Shown here piece after piece: positions 54,683 through 63,970 of a stretch of 64,000 nucleotides of DNA (positions within the stretch are counted from its first letter, which is position 1; the number at the start of each line of letters is the position of its first letter). The notes beneath the pieces were generated by a model. That model saw only the letters and a list, made by a program, of their open reading frames with translations. It had not been told where the DNA came from and did not search any database. Source of the DNA: Polaromonas sp. (lineage in GTDB: Bacteria; Pseudomonadota; Gammaproteobacteria; Burkholderiales; Burkholderiaceae_C); NCBI GenBank assembly GCA_043766985.1, contig JAYUHM010000234.1:2494-66493 (forward strand), written 5' to 3'. The translations under genes were made by a program, and so were the position numbers.

Positions 54683-55771
54683 ATGAGTTACGTCATCCAC
54701 ATCTGGCAAACCCCCATCCCCACCAGCGTGCTGCAAGCCGACAAAATTTGCGACCGCCTGCAAGACAAAGAGGGGCGGCAAAACCCCAAGTTCATCGAAC
54801 TGGCCAAACGGCTGAGCCAGCGCTATCCCTGTCGCGGCCAAATGACCGGGGACGAAGACGATGAAGAAGGCGTATGGTTGGATGAGCCCTTAGACGGCAT
54901 CAGCCCCAGCCCAGTGCTTGCCCTGGGTATACGCAGCGACTATGTGATAGAGGTGATGCCCTTCGTTGCCGTGACCGCCAATGCACTGGGGCTGACCGTG
55001 TATGACACCCAAGTAGGCGAATGTTACTTACCCAGTGGCCAAGTGCTGACCATGCCAGGACAGGCATCAGTGGGCTTGCAGGAGGAGGTAGACCCTGAGC
55101 TCATTTATTCTTCTGACCAGATTATCAAAATAGCCGCTGAGCACAGTATTGAGTTCTATAAAAAATACGGGTACAAGTATTCTCGTAAAGGCAATTGCTT
55201 TGTGAAAAAGCACGATGGTTTTTATCATTCAATTACATTGCAGGGCGGGGGGGGCGTTGCTGCAAGCCACACCATCTGCATTACAAAAGGATTGCACCTT
55301 GTTTCGCACATAGCAAATCTAAGCTATGTAAAACCTGAGCCTGCGCAGGTGATTGAGCTACGTTATGATCAGGACAATTATCCAAAAACATGGCCCAAAG
55401 TGAATTGCCCTTACCGAGCTGAGCGGGGTGATATTGCGGTGCGTTCAGTGTCTGAAGTTAGGTCTGCCATGGATAAAATAATGGTTTATGAAGAGCAAAC
55501 CTTCATGCCTCTCATGAGTGAAATTCAAACGCTTGAAAGTGTTCATAAGTTTCTGCACAATCCTGCCTTTAAGATATTGTCGAATTCAAGGGTGGTAAAC
55601 TATTATGGGCAATTGCTGATTGCTTATTTGGTAAAACCAGACAATTTGGATGCACTCATTGTCAAAATTCGAGCTTCAATTTCGAAAGACGAAATGCCAC
55701 AAATGGCTCTTTCATTTTTCGACAAAACAGTAGAATTGATCAAACTTGAACTTGCGTCTGCATCGGTCTAG
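54683..55771 (+). CDS. Hypothetical two-domain protein with a sharp internal GC shift
   Basis: The ATG at 54683 (MSYVIHIWQTPIP...) is preferred to the GTG at 54608. The first ~140 codons are GC-rich and the last ~225 codons are about 35-40% GC. The C-terminal KKYGYKYSRKGNCFVKKHDGFYHSITLQ pattern resembles DUF4304-like immunity-type domains, which is a weak call. Confidence 0.55.
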   Translation: MSYVIHIWQTPIPTSVLQADKICDRLQDKEGRQNPKFIELAKRLSQRYPCRGQMTGDEDDEEGVWLDEPLDGISPSPVLALGIRSDYVIEVMPFVAVTANALGLTVYDTQVGECYLPSGQVLTMPGQASVGLQEEVDPELIYSSDQIIKIAAEHSIEFYKKYGYKYSRKGNCFVKKHDGFYHSITLQGGGGVAASHTICITKGLHLVSHIANLSYVKPEPAQVIELRYDQDNYPKTWPKVNCPYRAERGDIAVRSVSEVRSAMDKIMVYEEQTFMPLMSEIQTLESVHKFLHNPAFKILSNSRVVNYYGQLLIAYLVKPDNLDALIVKIRASISKDEMPQMALSFFDKTVELIKLELASASV

Positions 55772-56031
55772 GTAAAGACCGAACGGTAACTATGCTTACT
55801 CTAAAGGCAACCACTCCCCATTTAGTCGGTGACAAGGTCTCCGTCAGCAAATGCTCGCCCTTGGGTGTGATGCGCCTGACCAACTGCTTGAGCTCTACAA
55901 TGCCTTGCAGCGATTTGGCATCACAAAACGCAAGCACATCCCGCGCTGGCAGTGCCACGATGGCTCCGTTAGGTGAGTGCGGTGTCTGGTCGCAGAAGGG
56001 TATGACGAGCAGGAGCTTGCCCGGGTCGTTT
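55740..56031 (-). pseudogene. Possible 3'-terminal gene remnant
   Basis: A 97-codon open frame lacks an ATG (only an internal GTG at 55958) and reads ...LLLVIPFCDQTPHSPNGAIVALPARDVLAFCDAKSLQGIVELKQLVRRITPKGEHLL.... It has no RBS and no recognised family. Confidence 0.25.
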
Positions 56032-56052
56032 TACTTCTGCACAATAGGGCTT

Positions 56053-56625
56053 ATGACAAACGCGCCTCAAAATACCACTCCGGGCGATTACCTCGTGTGG
56101 GAAAACGAGCAAGCCGAGCGGCATGAATTTTACCGTGGCGAGGTTTTTGCCATGACGGGGGCGCGGCGGGCGCACGGCGAGGTGGTTGGCAATGTGTTTG
56201 CCGCCCTCAAGCGGCAGCTCAAAGGGACACCATGCCGGGTGTATTTGGAGGGCATGAAGGTGCGTGTGGCCGACGACGCTATTTTTTACCCGGACGTGTT
56301 TGTGACCTGCGATGCCCAAGACTTGCGCACCGAGATGATTTTCACTGCACCCACCCTTGTGGTGGAAGTGCTTTCACCGTCCACTGCCGGGTTCGACCAA
56401 GGCTTGAAGTTCACGCAATACCGCCGTATTGCCAGTCTGAAAGAGTACGTGTTGGTATCTCCAGATGGGCAGCGTGTTGAGGTGTATCGGCGCAATGCAG
56501 AGGGTTTGTTTGTGCTGCATGACTACACCGCCGGGCCCAGTTTGCTGCTGGCCAGCGTGGAGGCCGAGATTTCCCTACAAGACCTTTTTGAGGGAGTTGA
56601 TCCGGATCGACGGTCAGCGTCCTAA
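56053..56625 (+). CDS. Uma2-family (DUF820) endonuclease
   Basis: Typical Uma2 pattern: Y..WE......EF..GEV..M.G....H ... PDVFV ... P.LVVEVLSPST...D...K...Y......EY.LV. The ATG at 56053 is preferred to the track start at 55792. Confidence 0.8.
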   Translation: MTNAPQNTTPGDYLVWENEQAERHEFYRGEVFAMTGARRAHGEVVGNVFAALKRQLKGTPCRVYLEGMKVRVADDAIFYPDVFVTCDAQDLRTEMIFTAPTLVVEVLSPSTAGFDQGLKFTQYRRIASLKEYVLVSPDGQRVEVYRRNAEGLFVLHDYTAGPSLLLASVEAEISLQDLFEGVDPDRRSAS

Positions 56626-56695
56626 TTCAAGAACCTTGGGGCGTGTCCAAATAGGACACGGCGATTAGCGATAATCACGGGTTGCCCCACGCCCC

Positions 56696-59600
56696 ATGCT
56701 AGACATTACCTTCCCCGAATCCCTGCCCGTATCCGCTCGCCGTGACGAGATTGCCACCGCTATCCGAGACCACCAAGTGGTGATTGTGTGTGGCGAGACG
56801 GGGTCGGGCAAGACCACACAGTTGCCCAAGATTGCTTTGGCTTTAGGCCGCGGCAAATTGAATTACCCGCCTGGAAGGGGCAAGCTGATTGGCCACACCC
56901 AGCCGCGCCGCATTGCTGCTACCTCGGTGGCCAAGCGGATTGCGGAGGAACTGAAGACACCGCTGGGCGATGTGGTGGGCTACAAGGTGCGCTTCCAGGA
57001 CCGGCTCTCGCGGGACGCGTCTGTCAAGCTGATGACCGACGGTATTTTGCTGGCCGAGACGCAGGGCGACCCGGATTTGAAGGCGTACGACACGCTGATC
57101 ATTGACGAGGCGCATGAGCGGTCTTTGAACATTGACTTTCTGCTAGGGTATTTGAAGCAGTTGTTGCCGCGCAGGCCAGACCTCAAAATCATCGTGACCT
57201 CGGCCACCATTGATGCGGATCGGTTTGCCCGGCATTTTGAATCCAGGAATGGCCCGGCTCCGGTCATCATGGTCAGTGGCCGCATGTTCCCGGTGGAGCA
57301 GCGCTACAGGCCGTTTGAAGAATCGCGTGACTACGATTTGAACTGTGCGATAGCCGACGCAACCGATGAGCTGTGGATGGGCGGCGGTGGCGGCGACATC
57401 CTGGTCTTTCTCCCCGGCGAGCGCGAAATCCGTGAGGCAGCCGACCATTTGCGCAAGCACCTGGCGCACCAGCCATTGCACCGCAATGCGGATGTGATCC
57501 CGCTGTTTGCGCGGCTTAGTCAGCAAGAGCAAGACCGCGTGTTCGAAGTGGGCAACGGCAAACGTATCGTGCTGTCTACCAATGTGGCCGAAACTTCGCT
57601 CACGGTGCCGGGTATCCGCTACGTGATTGACGCAGGCACAGCGCGCGTGAAGCGCTATAGTTTCAGGAATAAAGTAGAGCAGCTGCTGGTCGAGCCAATT
57701 GCGCAGGCGGCCGCTAACCAGCGCTCGGGCCGGTGCGGGCGGGTGGCGGATGGTATTTGCATTCGCCTGTATGAGCAGAAAGACTTTGACGCACGGCCTA
57801 AATTTACCGACCCGGAGATTCTGCGTTCATCGCTAGCCGGCGTGATCTTGCGCATGAAGGCGCTGCGCCTGGGCCATGTGGAAGACTTCCCCTTTATCGA
57901 GCCCCCGCAGCGCCGCGCCATTGCCGATGGCTATGACCTGCTGCAAGAGCTGGGCGCGGTGGACGAGTACAACGAGCTGACCGCCCTGGGCGCGGAGCTA
58001 TCGCGCCTGCCGCTAGACCCGCGGGTGGGCCGCATGATCATCGAGGCACGCAGCCGCAATGCGCTGGACGAGGTGCTGATCATCGCCAGCGCGCTGAGCG
58101 TGCAAGATGTGCGCGACCGCCCGATGGAGGCGCAGCAGCAGGCCGATGAAGCGCACAAGAAGTTTGACGATGAGAAGAGTGAATTTACCGGCTACCTGAA
58201 GCTGTGGAAATGGATCAACGCAGCGCGGGGTGGCGACGGCAAAGAGCACAAACTCAGCAACCGCCAATACGAACAACTCCTACGCCAAAACTTCGTCAAT
58301 ATCCGCCGCGTGCGCGAATGGCGCGATATTTATTCGCAGTTGCACACCGTCGTCACCGAACACAAATGGCAGCTCAATTCTCAGCCTGCGAGTTACGAGC
58401 AACTGCACCTGTCCATGCTGGCAGGCCTGCTGGGCAACATCGGCTGGAAGCTGGAAGACGAAGACGTGTATCTGGGCGCGCGGGCGATCAAGTTTTACCG
58501 CCATCCGGGGGCGAATCTGAGCAAAAAGCCGGGCCGCTGGATTGTGGCGGCTGAGCTGGTGGATACGTCGCGCCTCTTTGGAAGGGGCATCGCCGCGATA
58601 GAGCCGCAGTGGATTGAACAAGTAGCCGGCCACCTTTTAAAGAAGCAATTGCTCGACCCGCATTGGGAAAAGAAGAGCGCCGAGGTCATCGCGCTGGAGC
58701 GCGCCACGCTGTACGGCATCGTCATCTACAGTGGCCGCCGCGTCAACTACAGCAAGGTAGACCCCGTGGCCGCGCGCGAGGTGTTTATCCGCGAAGCGCT
58801 GGTAGGCAACGAGTGGGAGACCAAGCTGCCCTTCCTGGCGCAGAACGAAAAACTGCTCAAACAGGTGGAAGACATCGAGCACAAATCGCGCCGCCAAGAC
58901 GTGCTGGTAGATGACGAGCTGATCTTTGCCTACTACGACCAGCAGATTCCTGCCGTGGTGTGCAGTGGCTATCTGCTGGAGCAGTGGTACCGCGAGGAGA
59001 GCAAAAAGAACCCCAAGCTCTTGATGCTCACCCGCGAAGAGCTGATGCGCCACGAGGCCGCTGGCATTACCACCCAGGCCTTTCCCAAAGTGGTGCGTTT
59101 GGGCGGCGTAGACTGCCGCGCCACCTACCTGCACGAGCCGGGCGATGCCAAAGACGGCCTGACGGTGGAGGTGCCACTGTTTGCGCTGAACCAGGTTCAT
59201 GATGAGCGCTGCGAATGGCTGGTGCCCGGCATGCTGCAAGGCAAAATTTTTGCGTTGATTAAAAGCCTGCACCAGAGGCCCCGCTCGCGCCTGGTGCCAC
59301 TGCCCGACAGCGCGGCGCGTTTCTACGCGGTGCTCAGTGAGCCAACGGCCTTTGGTGCCAGCGGTTTGGTAGATGCGCTGCTCAAGCTGTGCCGCGATGC
59401 CACTGCCGTAGACATCAAGCGCGGCGACTTCAAGCTGGACATGCTGCCGCCCCATTTGTTCATGAACTTCAGAGTGGTAGACGAGCATGGCCGCCAGATG
59501 GGCACGGGGCGCAACCTGGCCGCGCTCAAAGCCGAGCTGGGTGTGCAGGCGCGCGGTGCATTTGCATCGCTGGCGGCTCTGTCTAGTGCGGCCAGCAAAG

Positions 59601-60592
59601 TGCCTAAGGTACTTCTTGATGATGACAATAACCAGCCAAATCAGCCGCAAGCCCAACAGGATATAGCACAAGCTGCTATTAAACATGTAGCAAATGCTAA
59701 TACCCCTGCGTTTCAAGCGGATGCGCGCTACACCGCCTGGACGTTTGGCGAGCTGCCCGAGCTGCTGGAGATCTCTCGCCAATCGGGGCGCGGTGCCAAC
59801 GCCCAAGTGCAAACCTTGATCGGTTTTCCGGCGCTGATAGACCATGGCGATGCCGTGAGCGTAGAAGTGTTTGACGAGCCCGACGTAGCCGCTGCCAAAC
59901 ACCGCGCTGGCCTGCGCCGCCTGTTTGCCTTGCAGATCAAAGACGCGCTCAAATACCTGGAAAAAAATATCCCCGATCTGCAAAAAATGAGCGTCGCTTA
60001 CATGCCGCTCGGCACCAGCGAGGAGCTGAAAAGCCAGATCATTGACGTAGCGCTGGACAAAGCCTTCTTGTTGGACCCGCTGCCAACCAACGCCGACGAC
60101 TTCAAACGCCGCGTCGACGAAGGCCGTGGCCGCCTGACCTTGATAGCCAACGAAGTGGCACGTTTGTGCGGCACTATTTTGACGGAATATGCCGCCGCGG
60201 CCCGCAAGATCAAAGACACCAAAAACGCCCCCGAGGCCACGGCGGACGCGGCCCAGCAGCTGCAGCGCCTGATGCCCAAGCGCTTTTTGACGGCTACTAC
60301 CTTCATCCAGCTGCAGCACTTCCCGCGCTACCTGAAAGCCATCACCCTGCGCCTGGAAAAACACCGCACCGACCCCGTACGCGATGCTTTGCGCCTGAGT
60401 GAGCTAAGACCCCAAGAGCAGCGTTTTGTCCGTCTGCTGGCTGAACGCAAAGGTGTGCTGGATGTTCGCTTGGCCGAGCTGCGCTGGTTGCTGGAAGAGC
60501 TGCGTGTCAGCTTTTTCGCCCAAGAGTTGCGTACGCCGCAGCCTGTCAGCACCAAGCGGCTGGATAAGGTGTGGGCGCAGTTGATGCAGTGA
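56696..60592 (+). CDS. hrpA: ATP-dependent RNA helicase HrpA
   Basis: 1298-aa DEAH-box helicase (GETGSGKTTQ, DEAHERS, SATID, TNVAETSLT, QRSGRCGR) with HA2/OB and HrpA C-terminal regions. It carries an AT-rich in-frame insertion at about 59607-59705. Confidence 0.95.
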   Translation: MLDITFPESLPVSARRDEIATAIRDHQVVIVCGETGSGKTTQLPKIALALGRGKLNYPPGRGKLIGHTQPRRIAATSVAKRIAEELKTPLGDVVGYKVRFQDRLSRDASVKLMTDGILLAETQGDPDLKAYDTLIIDEAHERSLNIDFLLGYLKQLLPRRPDLKIIVTSATIDADRFARHFESRNGPAPVIMVSGRMFPVEQRYRPFEESRDYDLNCAIADATDELWMGGGGGDILVFLPGEREIREAADHLRKHLAHQPLHRNADVIPLFARLSQQEQDRVFEVGNGKRIVLSTNVAETSLTVPGIRYVIDAGTARVKRYSFRNKVEQLLVEPIAQAAANQRSGRCGRVADGICIRLYEQKDFDARPKFTDPEILRSSLAGVILRMKALRLGHVEDFPFIEPPQRRAIADGYDLLQELGAVDEYNELTALGAELSRLPLDPRVGRMIIEARSRNALDEVLIIASALSVQDVRDRPMEAQQQADEAHKKFDDEKSEFTGYLKLWKWINAARGGDGKEHKLSNRQYEQLLRQNFVNIRRVREWRDIYSQLHTVVTEHKWQLNSQPASYEQLHLSMLAGLLGNIGWKLEDEDVYLGARAIKFYRHPGANLSKKPGRWIVAAELVDTSRLFGRGIAAIEPQWIEQVAGHLLKKQLLDPHWEKKSAEVIALERATLYGIVIYSGRRVNYSKVDPVAAREVFIREALVGNEWETKLPFLAQNEKLLKQVEDIEHKSRRQDVLVDDELIFAYYDQQIPAVVCSGYLLEQWYREESKKNPKLLMLTREELMRHEAAGITTQAFPKVVRLGGVDCRATYLHEPGDAKDGLTVEVPLFALNQVHDERCEWLVPGMLQGKIFALIKSLHQRPRSRLVPLPDSAARFYAVLSEPTAFGASGLVDALLKLCRDATAVDIKRGDFKLDMLPPHLFMNFRVVDEHGRQMGTGRNLAALKAELGVQARGAFASLAALSSAASKVPKVLLDDDNNQPNQPQAQQDIAQAAIKHVANANTPAFQADARYTAWTFGELPELLEISRQSGRGANAQVQTLIGFPALIDHGDAVSVEVFDEPDVAAAKHRAGLRRLFALQIKDALKYLEKNIPDLQKMSVAYMPLGTSEELKSQIIDVALDKAFLLDPLPTNADDFKRRVDEGRGRLTLIANEVARLCGTILTEYAAAARKIKDTKNAPEATADAAQQLQRLMPKRFLTATTFIQLQHFPRYLKAITLRLEKHRTDPVRDALRLSELRPQEQRFVRLLAERKGVLDVRLAELRWLLEELRVSFFAQELRTPQPVSTKRLDKVWAQLMQ
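59635..59686 (-). repeat. Dispersed repeat, copy H (inside hrpA)
   Basis: The minus strand reads TTTAATAGCAGCTTGTGCTATATCCTGTTGGGCTTGCGGCTGATTTGGC. It is 33/35 identical to copy F (59644-59678 versus 41701-41735) and is read on the gene strand as QPQAQQDIAQAAIKH. Confidence 0.85.
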
Positions 60593-60810
60593 ATGGTGCG
60601 TTGGCTGTTTGAAGATTACGCATCTTGTTTTTTGTAGCGTTGCGGCGGTTGAAGAATTTGCGCTGCAAAATACTCCGAAATTTCAGCGCTTGTAAACCGT
60701 TTGGGTTGCAATCCGAGACATCATGCCCCCGCGGCATCTTCAAACGCCCAAAGCAATGTGATTAAGGTAGCTGGCAATCTTCAAGCCCCCGCCGAAAAAC
60801 ACAGAGCCAC

Positions 60811-61635
60811 CTACCCCGGAACCTGCTCCTGCCCACAAGCCACCTGCACCAGCTCACGCCGCCCACCATCCACTCGCATAGCCGACAAACAACCGCCCCA
60901 CACACAGCCCGTGTCCAAGCCAATCAACCCAGGCAGATTGCGCAAACCCAAAGTAGACCAATGCCCAAACGCCACTGTCACATCAGCGGTTTTGCGCCCC
61001 GGCACATCAAACCACGGCATAACGCCAGCAGGTGCGGCGCCTGCGCCTTCTTTGGTGGCAAACTCCATCTCGCCCGCTGCACTGCAAAAACGCAAACGGG
61101 TAAGCGCATTGACGACCACCCGCAGGCGCTCGGTGCCTTGCAGGGTATCGCTCCACTGCGCGGGCTGGTTACCGTACATGCTCTGCAAAAAATCTGCATG
61201 GGTGTCGGCGCGCAAGGCGGCACATACCTCGTTGCTTAAAGCCAAGGTTTGCGCCGCGCTCCACTGGGGCAGCACACCGGCGTGCACCATCAGCAAGCCA
61301 TCTTGCAGCAAGGCCAGGGGGCGATGGCGCAGCCAATGCAGTAGGGCGGCTGCGTCGGGGGCAGCCAGCAGCTGGGCCAGTGTGTCGCTGCGGTGCGCGG
61401 GCCGCGCGCCAGTGGCTACGGCCAAGGCGTGCAGGTCGTGGTTGCCTAGCAAGCACTGCGCGGCGTCGCCCAGCGCCACCAGGCGGCGCAGTACGGCCAG
61501 CGAGGCCGGGCCACGGTTTACCAGGTCGCCCAGCAGCACCAGCTGGTCGCGGCTAGGCGAGAAGCCAATTTCGGCCAGCAACGCGCCCAAAGCGTCGTCG
61601 CAGCCCTGCACATCGCCAATCAGATACAGTCCCAT
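60811..61635 (-). CDS. apaH: Bis(5'-nucleosyl)-tetraphosphatase (symmetrical)
   Basis: Metallophosphoesterase motifs [21 protein letters not shown] and HAG; 274 aa. Confidence 0.9.
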   Translation of the reverse strand: MGLYLIGDVQGCDDALGALLAEIGFSPSRDQLVLLGDLVNRGPASLAVLRRLVALGDAAQCLLGNHDLHALAVATGARPAHRSDTLAQLLAAPDAAALLHWLRHRPLALLQDGLLMVHAGVLPQWSAAQTLALSNEVCAALRADTHADFLQSMYGNQPAQWSDTLQGTERLRVVVNALTRLRFCSAAGEMEFATKEGAGAAPAGVMPWFDVPGRKTADVTVAFGHWSTLGLRNLPGLIGLDTGCVWGGCLSAMRVDGGRRELVQVACGQEQVPG

Positions 61636-61660
61636 GGTGTACTTTCAATTTTCTTGATTT

Positions 61661-62959
61661 ATGGACTTTATCCTGATTGCCGTGTTGACCTTGCTGAACG
61701 CGGCTTTTGCCATGAGCGAAATGGCGTTAACCGCCAGCCGCAAAACGCGGCTGATGGCCATGGCCGAGAGTGGTGATGCAGGGGCCATAGCGGCGCTGGA
61801 GCTGAACGCGCACCCTACACAAATGCTGTCAACCGTACAGGTGGGCATCACCTCTATTGGCATGCTTAACGGCATTGTGGGGGAGGCGGCCTTTAGCGAG
61901 GGGGTGTCGCAGTCCTTGCAACAGATGGGTTTGGCCGCCAAATTTGCGGCCCCAGCGGCCACTACGTTTGTGGTGGCCCTCATTACCTTCATCACCCTGA
62001 TTTTTGGCGAACTGGTGCCCAAACGCATTGGTTTGCTCTACCCCGAGGCGGTGGCCCGGGTAATGGCCCGGCCCATGGCCTGGCTGGCCAAGGTGGCCAA
62101 CCCGTTTGTCAAGCTGCTGACCATGTGCACCCAAGGTGTGCTCAAGCTGATGCGCATCAACACCAACCACGCCCGCTCGGTCACCGAGGCTGAGATTTCT
62201 GCCAGCCTGGACGAGGGGCTGGATGCGGGCGTGATAGAAGCCCACGAGCGGCAAATGGTGCAAAACCTGTTTCACCTGGACGACCGCCCGCTGACCTCCA
62301 TCATGGCGCCCCGCCTGGATATTGTGTGGCTGGACGCTTCGCTTACCGTAGCACAAGGCTTGGAGAAGGCCGGCGGCACCAAAGATGCCAGCATCAAAAC
62401 ATCGCACAGCTGGTTTCCGGTATGCCGTGGCGGGCTGGACGACGTGATTGGCCTGGTAAGCACAGCCCGCATGCTGCGCACTGACACCACTGCCACGCTG
62501 GACAGCCTGGTCAGCCCGGCGATTTTTATCCCCGAGACCTTAAGCGGCATGGAGCTGCTGGAGCAGTTTCGCGCCCAGTCGGCGCGCCTGGTGTTTGTGG
62601 TGGACGAGTACGGTGTGGTGCAAGGCCTGCTGACGCCGCGCGACCTGCTGGAGGCCATTACTGGCGAGCTGAAACCGCAAGCCTCTGCCGACGCATGGGC
62701 GACGCACCAGGCCGATGGCTCGTGGCTGCTGGACGGCCTGATGCCGATTGCCGAGCTAAAGGCGCGGCTGGGGATTGACGACGATCTGCCAGAAGAAGAC
62801 AAAAACCGTTACAACACCCTGGCTGGCCTGCTGATGGCGGTGGCTGGCGAGTTGCCCCAGCAAGGCGACACCATCGAATGCGCCAGCTGGCAATTTCAGG
62901 TGCAGGCGCTGGAAGGTCGGCGTTTAGACCGCATCAGGGCGTTAAAAGCAGCCAATTAG
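61661..62959 (+). CDS. Hemolysin/CNNM-family protein (DUF21-CBS-CorC_HlyC)
   Basis: N-terminal 4-TM DUF21 domain (AFAMSEMAL), a CBS pair and a C-terminal transporter-associated domain. Confidence 0.85.
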   Translation: MDFILIAVLTLLNAAFAMSEMALTASRKTRLMAMAESGDAGAIAALELNAHPTQMLSTVQVGITSIGMLNGIVGEAAFSEGVSQSLQQMGLAAKFAAPAATTFVVALITFITLIFGELVPKRIGLLYPEAVARVMARPMAWLAKVANPFVKLLTMCTQGVLKLMRINTNHARSVTEAEISASLDEGLDAGVIEAHERQMVQNLFHLDDRPLTSIMAPRLDIVWLDASLTVAQGLEKAGGTKDASIKTSHSWFPVCRGGLDDVIGLVSTARMLRTDTTATLDSLVSPAIFIPETLSGMELLEQFRAQSARLVFVVDEYGVVQGLLTPRDLLEAITGELKPQASADAWATHQADGSWLLDGLMPIAELKARLGIDDDLPEEDKNRYNTLAGLLMAVAGELPQQGDTIECASWQFQVQALEGRRLDRIRALKAAN

Positions 62960-63137
62960 CAGAATTTGGTTAGAAAAGTGAGCTAGCAATGGCCGTTACA
63001 TGGGCAGATGCTCGCGGTAAAACCTTGTAAAGCAAACTTTACACGCCCAGTTTGAACATGTTCTGACCAAAACGGTCTACCATTTGGTTACCGGTAGCGT
63101 TATAGCCATATCGCTGGTGTTTTAGCAAGGTGTTGTC

Positions 63138-63926
63138 ATGAAAAACCGTCAATTATTGAGTCGTTCATTTATCCCGTCGTCGCTGGTTTGCGCCACTTTG
63201 GGCTTGGCCAGTATGGTTGCCCATGGGCAAGCCTTTGCGCAAGACGTAGGCCGTGTCATCTCTAGCACCGCCATCATCAGCCAGGTGAGTGTGCCGCGCC
63301 AAGTGTGCGCCCAAGAGCAAGTGCAAGTGCAAACCCAAACACCGGCTAGCAAGTCGGGCGCTGGCGCTCTGATGGGCGGTATTGCCGGTGGCGCCATGGG
63401 TAACGCCGTAGGCCAGGGCAGTGGCCGCGCGGCAGCCACCATACTGGGCATCTTTGGGGGAGCCATTTTGGGCGACCGCATCGAAGGCGGCAGCCCAGCG
63501 CAAGCGGCTACCACGCAGCAAACCGTTAACCGCTGCTCCACACAAAACTTCCTGGAAAACCGTACTTCGGGCTACCAAGTGGTGTATGAGTACGCTGGCA
63601 AGCAATACACCGTGCAAATGCCCAATGACCCGGGCCCCACGATACAGCTACAAGTAGTGCCCGCTGGGGCCACCGTACCCGTTGCGCCAGCCCCTGCCGC
63701 ACCAGCCCCGCGCGTGATGTCGCAAGTGGAGCCGCAGGTGGTTGTGCAGGAGCCGGTTTATAACGCTACTGTCATTACCTCGGGTACCGTCTACCAGCCT
63801 TATGTAGTGGCGGCGCCTTACCCTTACTACTACCCTGGCCCGGTTTTTGGCACATCGCTCATTATTCGAGGCGGGTCTGGTTACGGCCATCGCCATGGTG
63901 GGCATTACGGCCAAGGCCGCTGGTAA
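63138..63926 (+). CDS. Glycine-zipper 2TM domain protein with a Pro/Val/Tyr-rich C-terminus
   Basis: Signal peptide, glycine zipper (GAGALMGGIAGGAMGNAVGQGSGRAAATILGIFGGAILG) and a low-complexity tail. Confidence 0.7.
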   Translation: MKNRQLLSRSFIPSSLVCATLGLASMVAHGQAFAQDVGRVISSTAIISQVSVPRQVCAQEQVQVQTQTPASKSGAGALMGGIAGGAMGNAVGQGSGRAAATILGIFGGAILGDRIEGGSPAQAATTQQTVNRCSTQNFLENRTSGYQVVYEYAGKQYTVQMPNDPGPTIQLQVVPAGATVPVAPAPAAPAPRVMSQVEPQVVVQEPVYNATVITSGTVYQPYVVAAPYPYYYPGPVFGTSLIIRGGSGYGHRHGGHYGQGRW

Positions 63927-63970
63927 TTGGTAGCAAGGCACAGCAACTGCTCTGCTGGACCAAAAGAAAA

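Noticed and set aside
56638-56695. GGGGCGTG / CACGCCCC long-range pairing abutting the hrpA start codon, plus a local CGTGTCC/GGACACG hairpin
   Set aside because: It may be just the Uma2 terminator region. It is too short to claim translational control without data.
20591-59686. The dispersed repeat copies as a CRISPR array
   Set aside because: The copies are kilobases apart, in both orientations, and not separated by uniform spacers. No cas genes are present.
58637-60364. 575-aa ORF antisense to hrpA
   Set aside because: The same reasoning applies. hrpA is unambiguous, and the antisense frame has no recognisable domains.
60701-61657. 318-aa plus-strand ORF opposite apaH
   Set aside because: It is Ser/Pro/Ala/Arg-rich low-complexity sequence. 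apaH on the other strand has all metallophosphoesterase motifs.
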